DNA of 64,000 bases, taken from assembly GCA_046350735.1 (NCBI GenBank), contig JAXLZU010000002.1, positions 16,219 to 80,218 on the forward strand, read 5' to 3'. This DNA comes from Candidatus Saccharimonadota bacterium (GTDB taxonomy: Bacteria > Patescibacteriota > Saccharimonadia > CAILAD01 > BJGX01). The position numbers were made by a program, and so were the translations under genes. Under the pieces are notes generated by a model. The model had not been told where the DNA came from. It was given only the letters and a program-made list of their open reading frames with translations, and searched no databases. This document shows positions 19,725-27,774 of this stretch, in pieces; the stretch's first letter is position 1, and every line of letters starts with the position of its first letter.

Positions 19725-19809
19725 GCCACCAATGTGCTCTTTTTTATTTAAATATTTAGCACTGGTAATTTGCCAGAAGCAAAGCAAGGCAATTGGACAC
19801 AAGTTGTTA

Positions 19810-19863
19810 AGCTGTTTCGCTCTTTTAGAGCTCATCAGGATAAGTACTCACTTATCGACAGCT
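19810..19863 (-). ncRNA. Type III hammerhead ribozyme (GUC cleavage between 19857 and 19856)
   Basis: AGCTG-TC^GATAAGT gagt ACTTATC-CTGATGA-GCTC taaaa GAGC-GAAA-CAGCT; full consensus core and three stems. Confidence 0.95.
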
Positions 19864-19986
19864 CCCCTGGCAATATAGCCAGGGGTTCTTGGGGGCTTGT
19901 TACAGCCCTAACGGCTCCAAGTGCCGTGAGAAATTCTGTTACCAGGCTTTCTCGTGAGCTTTCGCTCGCCCTGTAGCTGAAGCCGG

Positions 19987-20184
19987 CTACCCGGCCGCCA
20001 TCATCAGCTCCAGCTCGTCCTGGGTCATCTCGCTGTGTGCGAGCTGATCCACCCGGAACGGGTGGATGAAGGTGCTCTGGCGAGCCACCATGGTGCTGGT
20101 GGTGCTGGCGGTGGCGACGGGCTGGCGCAGCTTGCGCCGCCCAGCGCGATGGCGCGCTGACTTCTGCTTGGAAAGCTTTGACAT
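19987..20184 (-). CDS. 65-aa GC-rich microprotein with an Arg/Lys-rich N-terminus (GYACCY cassette)
   Basis: GTACCC-GAGGGAGG leader; MSKLSKQKSARHRAGRRKLRQP... Confidence 0.7.
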   Translation of the reverse strand: MSKLSKQKSARHRAGRRKLRQPVATASTTSTMVARQSTFIHPFRVDQLAHSEMTQDELELMMAAG

Positions 20185-20235
20185 GTACAGGTCCTCCCTC
20201 GGGTACAACACCAGGTCTACGGTGTACTGTTTGGT

Positions 20236-20264
20236 AGTATAGCAAATATAATAATTAATGTCAA
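20236..20264 (-). promoter_or_regulatory. Strong sigma70 promoter of the RNA locus
   Basis: TTGACA-N17 (ending TGc)-TATACT. Confidence 0.88.
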
Positions 20265-20351
20265 TAGTTATTAACATTTTATTTATAAAATATCTATTTA
20301 TATCTGATATTTTTTATTATTTTATGTTTATTAGCAATAAAAAAACCGTTT

Positions 20352-20699
20352 TCAGTACAGAAAACGGGTAAAGTATGCTTCGGGCAAGAATGGCCGGATC
20401 ACCGCCAGTGTGGCACGCAAAGCTGCAACCACTGTTGCCACTTCATCAATCGACACATTCCCAGCCTTATGGAGACTCCACACATTCTCCACAATACTGC
20501 ACATACCTAATACATATGCGTAGCACTCGTGCTCGTCTAATAGGTTGATACCCTGCTCTTGCATGGTATCGAGAATAAGCTGATGATGGTCCTCAACCGG
20601 GCCAATGGATGCATTGATATGATTTGCCTGGAGAGTTTCGAGAAGGTCTACAACCAATTCCCAACGAGTAGAAAACTCGGTTACACCCGGCTTTGTCAT
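20352..20699 (-). CDS. Hypothetical accessory protein (GYACCY cassette)
   Basis: 115-aa ORF; TATAAT and GTACCT upstream; hairpin plus U-tract over the stop. Confidence 0.7.
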   Translation of the reverse strand: MTKPGVTEFSTRWELVVDLLETLQANHINASIGPVEDHHQLILDTMQEQGINLLDEHECYAYVLGMCSIVENVWSLHKAGNVSIDEVATVVAALRATLAVIRPFLPEAYFTRFLY

Positions 20700-20831
20700 T
20701 GGTCTGCACTCTTTTCTTTAGGTACGGGTAAATCCGGGTAATTATATCTGTAAAAACATATTTAGTCAAGCATTAACACTTTTACATATAATAAATGCGC
20801 CCCGCCATAGGTTGGCAGGGCGAAACAATTG

Positions 20832-21041
20832 TTACTGAATTCGAACTTTGTGGGGGCACGATGGTGCCGTTTGGTTTTGCGGAACGATTGTCGATCTTCG
20901 ACCAAATAGCGATCGGCAAAACCATATGAGAACCTTTATGACTGTCTTGGCTCCAAGCTCAGTTACTCGGATACCGAGACGCTCTACATCTGTTAGGTAG
21001 TCATTGAAGTCCTTACGAACTTCGTGGTGCAGTTCTGGCAC
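20832..21041 (-). CDS. Small hypothetical accessory protein
   Basis: GAGGAG-aactac-GTG start; hairpin downstream. Confidence 0.55.
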   Translation of the reverse strand: MPELHHEVRKDFNDYLTDVERLGIRVTELGAKTVIKVLIWFCRSLFGRRSTIVPQNQTAPSCPHKVRIQ

Positions 21042-21281
21042 GTAGTTCTCCTCTTCGGAGATGGTTGCTGCTTACTCGAGCAGCCCTACAGGATTCAGCC
21101 TGGGAGGCCTTCTCCACCATATTTACTCATGGTGGTCTCCTTCTACTACATTACCTTCGCCATTACCCCAGTGGCCACCCGCAAGCGGGTACAAACGGGC
21201 GTTTTGGCTGTGGCAGATTGCTCTACCTAAGCCAAAAAATGACTCTCTTATAATACTTTATAATAGTTAATTTGTCAATAC

Positions 21282-22040
21282 TTATTGACGTTTCTTATTC
21301 TCTGCTAGCTCAAATAACTGCCGGAGAGTCTCGACAATTTTTGGACTTTCTATTAATATACCAACACTTTTTTCGCCTGCGTAAGTAATAAATGAGGCCC
21401 TATTGGGATAAAGATTAATTTCTGCCTGAAATTCTTTATCTACACGAGTAAGTTTTTTTATGAGACTTTTCTTCTGAGCAGACAACTCTGTCTCTTTAGA
21501 ATAGTAAATTGTCTCAGCAACAATACCCTTTTTAATTCGGCGACTAACGCCCGAGGTAGTTGGGTCGGCTTTAATAGCTTGGTCGTAATTAACAACACTG
21601 TAGATAATATCGTCTTTCTTTGCTTTGCGAATAAGCTCTTGGCTGAGCTGATTAGACCCCTCAAGCCCTTTATAAAATCGCACCTGAGGAGCATCATCTC
21701 CATCGGTAGCTCGCGAAGTTTCTCGTAGCTTGGGCATAAGACTCTTTAGCTCATCACTTCGAGAAGCAATTTCGTTTTTTTGCTTATCTAAATATCTAGC
21801 GATAGCTTCTGGCTGCTCGGCTACGTATACAGTTTTTTTGCCTTCTTGGCTTTCTGATACTAAGCCCATTTTGGCAAGCTCGTCTAAAATAACGTATGCG
21901 GTAGCACGATTTACCTCAGCTTGTGAGGCAATTTTTTGTACGGCGCTTGGGCCCAAAAATAATGCCGCCACGTATACACGGGCTTGCTTGTCGGTAAAAC
22001 CAACAGATTGTAATTGGGCGGCTAGTTCTGATATTTGCAT
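21282..22040 (-). CDS. TrmB-family transcriptional regulator
   Basis: GFTDKQARVY.A.L.LG...IA....VNRATAY.IL..L...GLV wHTH. Confidence 0.9.
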   Translation of the reverse strand: MQISELAAQLQSVGFTDKQARVYVAALFLGPSAVQKIASQAEVNRATAYVILDELAKMGLVSESQEGKKTVYVAEQPEAIARYLDKQKNEIASRSDELKSLMPKLRETSRATDGDDAPQVRFYKGLEGSNQLSQELIRKAKKDDIIYSVVNYDQAIKADPTTSGVSRRIKKGIVAETIYYSKETELSAQKKSLIKKLTRVDKEFQAEINLYPNRASFITYAGEKSVGILIESPKIVETLRQLFELAENKKRQ

Positions 22041-22125
22041 AAGCTCTATACTAGCATACGTAGCCAATGTTGTCAATATATGTCAACATAAAATGAATAC
22101 TCCACCTATCAAGTGATAGGTGGAG

Positions 22126-22335
22126 TTAATTTGTTTGAGTTGCTCGAAAGTGCTCAACTTTCAGCTGACAGAAAGTACAGGTTGCCAGGTGGGCTAATTG
22201 AAAATCACGAGAATCTTTAGATACAAACAGATTGTCAATTATTTCTTTTGGCTGAACGAATCCACAGCCAGCTGTAGGCTGTGAAACAAATTCAAAAGGT
22301 CCGAAAAGTTCTTTATCTTCCGCCTGTTCTTGCAT
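22126..22335 (-). CDS. Small protein with HxxxCxxC (ZAS/zf-HC2 anti-sigma-like) motif
   Basis: AHLATCTFCQ plus an upstream Cys; own promoter, AAGGGGG SD and hairpin terminator. Confidence 0.6.
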   Translation of the reverse strand: MQEQAEDKELFGPFEFVSQPTAGCGFVQPKEIIDNLFVSKDSRDFQLAHLATCTFCQLKVEHFRATQTN

Positions 22336-22422
22336 TTCTCACCCCCTTGTGTGGTGATAGTGGAACATAGGCATTTCCGGAAATACAATATACTATTTAA
22401 TTAGATAATTGTCAATATTAAA

Positions 22423-23282
22423 TTATTCTATTGCAGCTCGAATTCTTTGCTCGAGTTCTCTCTTTTGATCTTCACGCACGTCAAATCCTTCAATTTGATT
22501 CTGATTAATTGCAACTTCTTTTTGCCGTGAACCAAGATCGTCAATATTACCGCCAGTTTTAATATCTATGGCAACCTCTCGCCCATCACGTGTAGTAATA
22601 ACCATATCGGTACCCTTAGCATCTTCGGACTGAGTACTTAGTCTTACTCTATCACTTCCATATAGTTGCCGAGCCAAACGAGCAACGGCAACCTCTGATC
22701 CCATTCCGCCACTACCTTACGTGCAGTACCACCAGCACCTTGCATGGCCCTTTCTATCCAGTTTTCCACATCTTTTCTTGGTACTACATCTGCCACTGTA
22801 TCAATCAGTTCTCTTAGTTTGTGATTCCAGGGTAAAATCTTTGCTGCTTCGAGTTTGCGCTGACTACGCAAACTACTTCGCTCAGTTGCTAGCTCTGGAG
22901 GAAGTTGATGGTTTGGTTGATCTTTGGCTATTTTCTTTAGCTGACTTAAACGGTCATTAATTTTATTCAGACCTTCTTGAACCCTGGCAGCCTCGGGGGC
23001 AGATAGAATAACATCGGCTAAATTAGCTAGCTCGGCATATTCGGCATTATTGACATATTTTTCTCTAGTACGGGCTAAGGCAATTGCCAGCGCAGAAGGA
23101 AGGCGCATCTCTGTGGGAGTTTTATTACCAGGATTATCGATAACATCTTTTTGCTCGTTTTTGATTGATAGAAAGATATCATTAACCTCCCACTCAAATG
23201 TCTCTTTATCTATCACATCTAAATGCGGCAAGGCATCTGGCCCAGACCCAGTAGGCGGTAATTTTGCTTCCATTATGCTCAT
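22423..23282 (-). pseudogene. Frameshifted protein with a C-terminal PD-(D/E)xK-like domain
   Basis: Overlapping ORFs 22644..23282 and 22423..22704 join with a 1-nt shift near 22708; C-terminal part has GTD...IDIK. Confidence 0.55.
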
Positions 23283-23404
23283 ACGTATTATTGTATCTTA
23301 ACGTGTTACTCAAACAACCCTTTACAGAAAGGGAAATATTTGCTATGATAGCTGCTGTTACATTCTTATCTAAAGAATAAAGAAAAAGGAATTTAGAGAA
23401 ACCT

Positions 23405-23794
23405 ATGCCAATTATTAAATCAGCTCAAAAACGTATGCGCCAAGAAAAAAAGCGCCGAGCTTATAATACTGCCACCAAAACAGGTGTAAAAAAACAATTT
23501 AGAGCTGTAAGAGACGAGCTTGCTGCAGGCAAACCAAAAGATAATACCGCACTTATTGCAGCTATTGCCGAGATAGACAAAGCAGTAAAACGTGGTGTTA
23601 TTCACAAGCGCACTGCTGCCCGTAAAAAATCTCGTCTTACCAAGGCGTATAATACTGCAGCCGCCAAACCATTTGGTACCGAAAACCCTGGCAAACCAGG
23701 TAGTAAAGCCAAAAAACCTGCAACAAAGAAACCTGCTGCTAAGAAGGCTCCAGCCAAAAAGGCTGCTGCTAAAAAACCAACAGCAAAGAAATAA
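23405..23794 (+). CDS. rpsT: 30S ribosomal protein S20 with an Ala/Lys-rich tail
   Basis: MPIIKSAQKRMRQ, IDKAVKRGVIHKRTAARKKSRL. Confidence 0.97.
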   Translation: MPIIKSAQKRMRQEKKRRAYNTATKTGVKKQFRAVRDELAAGKPKDNTALIAAIAEIDKAVKRGVIHKRTAARKKSRLTKAYNTAAAKPFGTENPGKPGSKAKKPATKKPAAKKAPAKKAAAKKPTAKK

Positions 23795-23797
23795 TAT

Positions 23798-23827
23798 AAA
23801 AAATCGCCCATTTGTAGGGCGATTTTT
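23798..23827. terminator. Bidirectional terminator rpsT/holA
   Basis: AAAAATCGCCC/GGGCGATTTTT. Confidence 0.85.
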
Positions 23828-23835
23828 ATTACATG

Positions 23836-24759
23836 CTACATTTTACCAAGTGTTATTAACAGTTCTTCTAGAGCTGCATTCGAGCTGCTCTGCCCAGTCT
23901 TTATTGTCATATCTGCATCTATAATAGCTTTGTAGGCAGCCTTTATCTTATCTAGTGTAAGTGTTCGGGCAATACTTTGGCTTTTCGAAACAGCATAAGG
24001 TGCAAGACCAAACTGTTTTGCCCAGCCCGAAGTATCGCCCTCATGAATTTTACAGAGTGTCAAAACTCGGTATTGATACATAATGGCACCAAGAATCTTC
24101 TGGTCGGGCTCATTTTGTGCAACCAAGCTACGATACGTATCTACGGCCTTGCCAACCTGTTGTTTGGCAAGTGCATCAGTCATAACAAAGACAGAATACT
24201 CTACATTTGGCACTACCAACTTATCGATAGAATCAATGGTAAGTGTTGGATTATAATTAACCAATTTTTGAATTTCGTTTTGCAATTGCCATTGGTCGAA
24301 ACCTACTTTTTCTATGAGTACAGAAATTGTTCTATTGTCGATAGTTGCACCCTCGTTTGCTACTAACTTTCGTATCCAGCCAACCAGTTGTGGCTGGCTA
24401 AGGTTATCAAATTTTTTGGCGTTTTTTAGGCTAGAAAGCACTTTATATACTGCACTACGCTTATCTGGGTTGCTATCAATTAATACCAGAATGGTCGACT
24501 CTGATACCATCCCTAACATTTGCTCTAACTTAGCCTTTTCCAATTTTAACAAGCCAAAGTCTCGCACAATAAGTAGCCTACTACTGGCAAACATAGGTAT
24601 TACTCCAAGAGAATTTAACAGCTTAGAGAGCGGATCGCTCGACATATCAAACCGTTCTATCTCGAGCGAACCACCCGTCTTCTTCTGATATTGCTCGCTT
24701 AGGGCACTTAATTGCTGCTGAATAGCAAAACTATTCTCACCATAAAAATAAAAAATCAT
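23836..24759 (-). CDS. holA: DNA polymerase III delta subunit
   Basis: YFYGEN.F, PMFASSRLLIV, LQNEIQKL, D..IKTG; convergent with rpsT. Confidence 0.9.
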   Translation of the reverse strand: MIFYFYGENSFAIQQQLSALSEQYQKKTGGSLEIERFDMSSDPLSKLLNSLGVIPMFASSRLLIVRDFGLLKLEKAKLEQMLGMVSESTILVLIDSNPDKRSAVYKVLSSLKNAKKFDNLSQPQLVGWIRKLVANEGATIDNRTISVLIEKVGFDQWQLQNEIQKLVNYNPTLTIDSIDKLVVPNVEYSVFVMTDALAKQQVGKAVDTYRSLVAQNEPDQKILGAIMYQYRVLTLCKIHEGDTSGWAKQFGLAPYAVSKSQSIARTLTLDKIKAAYKAIIDADMTIKTGQSSSNAALEELLITLGKM

Positions 24760-24804
24760 ACCTTATAGAATAAAGGATAAAGTGCAATCTATAAAGCTAA
24801 AGAG

Positions 24805-24860
24805 TTCTTACTTTCGCCATCTATGGCTCATCAGTACAGCTTACATCTGTAGAGTAAGAA
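24805..24860 (-). ncRNA. Type III hammerhead ribozyme (CUC cleavage between 24852 and 24851)
   Basis: TTCTTAC-TC^TACAG atgtaag CTGTA-CTGATGA-GCCA taga TGGC-GAAA-GTAAGAA; full core and three stems. Confidence 0.93.
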
Positions 24861-24944
24861 GAAGAGAGGAAATAGTGCAGGCTAAGGGTTGGGAGTATAA
24901 CAGATCGAATATTCGATACGTTAGGGACTCCCAATACCCAGCCC

Positions 24945-25166
24945 TTATGGCCATCTACGTGCTCGGTCCAAGTCTCGCTGCAAATCGCGTATGCGCGTAC
25001 GATCGTTTCTGCGAGCTCGCACGAGCAAGCCAACGGCAACCACAAGACCAGCAATGAAAGCAACCAACAGAATGTAGCCAAAGTAACTTGAGACAATTGC
25101 CAGCAAGAAAACAAGCCCGATAACAGCAAAAATGAGCTTCAGAAGATTATCATAAAACTTCTGCAT
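24945..25166 (-). CDS. 73-aa two-TM protein with an Arg-rich tail (GYACCY cassette)
   Basis: GTACCT-GAAGAGAGGAAGAGG leader; two hydrophobic helices then RARRNDRTRIRDLQRDLDRARRWP. Confidence 0.7.
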   Translation of the reverse strand: MQKFYDNLLKLIFAVIGLVFLLAIVSSYFGYILLVAFIAGLVVAVGLLVRARRNDRTRIRDLQRDLDRARRWP

Positions 25167-25246
25167 CTCAACCTCTTCCTCTCTTCAGGTACATCAACCC
25201 TTTTGGGCGATAAAGTATCATATCAATCTTAAGAGTATATGTCAAA

Positions 25247-26137
25247 CTATTTTGACACTTTTTTTGAGAGTCGCTGGCACTTTGGACAAAAATGTGTACC
25301 ACGCCCGGCCACTCGGGTTTTTTGAATAATACCTCCGCATACCGGGCACTCTTTGCCCTCGCGGCGAAAAACCTTGGCAAACTTGAGATAACTCCCTTTA
25401 TTACCTTTAGCGTCCACATAGTTTTTGTCGGACGAGCCACCCAGACGAATACTTAACAGCATCACCTCTCTTAGAGAATTAAATAGCCTGTGCAGCTTAA
25501 CCGTGCTTACATCTGCTACCTTGGTAGCTGGGTGTATTCTCGCTGCAAACAGGCCCTCATCGGCGTAGATATTTCCTACCCCTGCTACTACTGTCTGGTC
25601 GAGTATGGCGGCTTTTATAGAAGTATTCTGACGTTTTTGTACAGCTGTCTTAAATTGTGCAAACGTATAATTATCTTCTAAAGGCTCTGGCCCCAGCTTA
25701 CGTAAGAAGGCATTACGCTCGTACAATCCTTCTGTCTCTTCGAGCTTTACCCAACCAAATTTGCGCTGATCGTTGAAAAACAGTGTACCTTTAGCAAACT
25801 CAATAATTACTCGAGTAGAATTGTCGGGTAATCGGCTAATAAGACTGTCACTAGGATGTCCACCACCAAAACCCTTACCGTGGGTTGGCCGATACACTAA
25901 TTGGCCGGTCATCTTAAGGTGAATAAGCAAGCTATACCCACTACTGAGTGGAATAATTATTGCTTTGCCGCGCCTGTCTACCGACAAGACGCTGGCACCA
26001 AGCATTTTTTTGCTAACTAGGGTTGCATCGTTAGGAAAGCTTTTGGTCCAATTACTCTCTACATGAGAAATTTTTTGGCCAACCAAAAACTGTGCCAATC
26101 CGGCACGGACAGTCTCTACTTCGGGTAATTCTGGCAT
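25247..26137 (-). CDS. mutM: Formamidopyrimidine-DNA glycosylase
   Basis: MPELPEVE, HLKMTG, GVGNIYADE, C-terminal zinc finger. Confidence 0.98.
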   Translation of the reverse strand: MPELPEVETVRAGLAQFLVGQKISHVESNWTKSFPNDATLVSKKMLGASVLSVDRRGKAIIIPLSSGYSLLIHLKMTGQLVYRPTHGKGFGGGHPSDSLISRLPDNSTRVIIEFAKGTLFFNDQRKFGWVKLEETEGLYERNAFLRKLGPEPLEDNYTFAQFKTAVQKRQNTSIKAAILDQTVVAGVGNIYADEGLFAARIHPATKVADVSTVKLHRLFNSLREVMLLSIRLGGSSDKNYVDAKGNKGSYLKFAKVFRREGKECPVCGGIIQKTRVAGRGTHFCPKCQRLSKKVSK

Positions 26138-26234
26138 ATCTGTATTATACCAAGCCAACCGAATAATTGACTAATAATTAATTTTAATGTATTATTGCAA
26201 ACGATTTCGTACCCCTTCTGCAGAGGAGAAGCAG

Positions 26235-26483
26235 ATGTTCTCGCTATTCGCCGAGGCATTGCCTCAACCCGTATCTGAGCCGGTTCATTACAGTGCTTGG
26301 TCGTATGCTCTTGCCTATTTCTCAATAGCTGCCATTGTGATCTGCATAGTGCTGGTGCTGCGTAAAACCAACCCTGCTCTGGCAAAACCGCAAGTTCTAA
26401 TAATTGCACTGCTTCTTAGCATGTTGTGTCTGCCGATGGCAATTATCTACCTAGTAGTGGTTGCCAAAGACGCTGCGAGCTAA
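26235..26483 (+). CDS. Small membrane protein (GYACCY cassette)
   Basis: TTGACT/TATTAT promoter, GTACCC, GAGGAG; two TM helices. Confidence 0.65.
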   Translation: MFSLFAEALPQPVSEPVHYSAWSYALAYFSIAAIVICIVLVLRKTNPALAKPQVLIIALLLSMLCLPMAIIYLVVVAKDAAS

Positions 26484-26484
26484 T

Positions 26485-26778
26485 ATGTATGTAGCACTTA
26501 CAGGCGAGGTAGCTCCAACAATACAAAGAGGCGAAATAGTAATTGTAACAAATATTTTGGCTTCATCTGGTCTGCGTGACGAACCTAGACAGAGCTATAC
26601 CAGATATTTGGCAGATGTATTTACTGCCAAAGCTATTCTTTCTGGCGATATTAGTAAAGAATGGCATGTTACTAGCAGTACCGATACCAAAATTTTGTTA
26701 CTCTTCAATGGTAGTAGCAAAGAATTTCTGGGTAATCCTGATGACATTTTCGAATTAAAAAGCATTCTTCTTCAATAA
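26485..26778 (+). CDS. Hypothetical protein
   Basis: ATG 1 nt after the previous stop; hairpin terminator follows. Confidence 0.55.
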   Translation: MYVALTGEVAPTIQRGEIVIVTNILASSGLRDEPRQSYTRYLADVFTAKAILSGDISKEWHVTSSTDTKILLLFNGSSKEFLGNPDDIFELKSILLQ

Positions 26779-26892
26779 GGGCTCTGTGACACCAGCAGGG
26801 CCCTTTTACTATATAATTGACATATTATAATTAATATGATAGTATAATTGGGTCCGAAGCATAACCCCGACTGAATATCAGGAGGAAGTACC

Positions 26893-27483
26893 TTGCCAGT
26901 AGCACCCGTGATGTTGCAGTACTGGTTTCGACAAGAAAAGCAGATCCCAACCTACCTTCGTGGCCTCGAGTCGCGCGAAGATCATCTTGGATTCGATCTC
27001 TCAGCTGCGCCGGGCGATGAGTTAATCGCGAAGACGCATGGTGAAGCAATTGACACCTCTAGCCTGCACGAAGAACTGCTGGCTGGTGGTCTCTTGCTGA
27101 CTCATGCGAGTCGAGTTGATCGCATCTTCAGCGCAGATGAGTCTCTCGACGAGCGCTTCTATTACGTATTTCGCTTTCACTATTTCCCCGAACAGACTGC
27201 TGTCCCTCGCGAAGGCGTCGACACCGAGCAGCTCGTGCTGAGTCTCGAGGAGATCAACAAGATGGCATTCTGGGGCGTACGTGCCGATCTCAACAACGGC
27301 AGGTATGGCCCCTGGATCTCGGTGAGCTGCAAGGGGCGCGTTCAGCGCTACACTGCAGAAGACCTGTCGCGTCCAGAGATGCGCAACATCTATGATGCAC
27401 GTGGTGACAAGATCGGTTCGGCTCCGGTAGCCGCCGATCGCGTGCTGCATTATCTGGGTGACAATCGACTCAGTCTTAGTTGA
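26893..27483 (+). CDS. GC-rich hypothetical accessory protein
   Basis: TTGACA promoter, AGGAGG SD, TTG start; clearly GC-richer than its flanks. Confidence 0.7.
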   Translation: MPVAPVMLQYWFRQEKQIPTYLRGLESREDHLGFDLSAAPGDELIAKTHGEAIDTSSLHEELLAGGLLLTHASRVDRIFSADESLDERFYYVFRFHYFPEQTAVPREGVDTEQLVLSLEEINKMAFWGVRADLNNGRYGPWISVSCKGRVQRYTAEDLSRPEMRNIYDARGDKIGSAPVAADRVLHYLGDNRLSLS

Positions 27484-27552
27484 TCAAAAAGAACTAAGTA
27501 AGACAATTACACTTATAGGCTGCAACAGCAATGTTGCAGCCATCTTTATATG

Positions 27553-27774
27553 CTATCGTTTGCAAGCCAAAATATCATAACTAGGATTGCGTCCAAGAGT
27601 TTCTTCGAGACTTGTCTTAGGAAATACAGTCTGCTCGGGAAGATTCTTTCTTACACACAATGTATGGTGCGTAATAGAAAAAACAATACCTACCCCAAAA
27701 ATAATAATAAAAACAAATAAAAACATTAATACGTTGCCAGTAAATTCTATTCCTGACTCTTCTTGATGTGGCAT
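27553..27774 (-). CDS. Small membrane protein
   Basis: TAATG overlap with the polA stop; single TM helix. Confidence 0.5.
   Translation of the reverse strand: MPHQEESGIEFTGNVLMFLFVFIIIFGVGIVFSITHHTLCVRKNLPEQTVFPKTSLEETLGRNPSYDILACKR

Noticed and set aside
18998-19725. ORFs 19168..19632(-), 19393..19725(+), 18998..19204(-) and 19106..19291(+)
   Set aside because: No SD or protein motifs; they overlap a densely base-paired RNA and are best explained as chance frames in GC-rich sequence.
19835-20245. 136-aa ORF on the minus strand
   Set aside because: It starts inside the promoter and runs into the hammerhead; the SD supports the 65-aa ORF starting at 20184 in another frame.
21090-21150. Glycine-riboswitch-like GGAGA...GAAGG...CTCCCAGG
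   Set aside because: The P3 region is missing and the downstream gene is not glycine-related.
16590-21277. Prophage or island integrated at tmRNA/tRNA
   Set aside because: No integrase, structural genes or duplicated 3' tRNA/tmRNA att fragment seen; the genes have the same promoter style as cassettes scattered elsewhere.
23690-23794. AAKK repeats in the rpsT tail
   Set aside because: Low-complexity protein extension of a kind common on ribosomal proteins; not a DNA repeat element.
24782-25129. ORFs 24821..25129(-) and 24782..25057(+)
   Set aside because: Alternative frames over the 73-aa gene, its 3' hairpin and the hammerhead; no SD.
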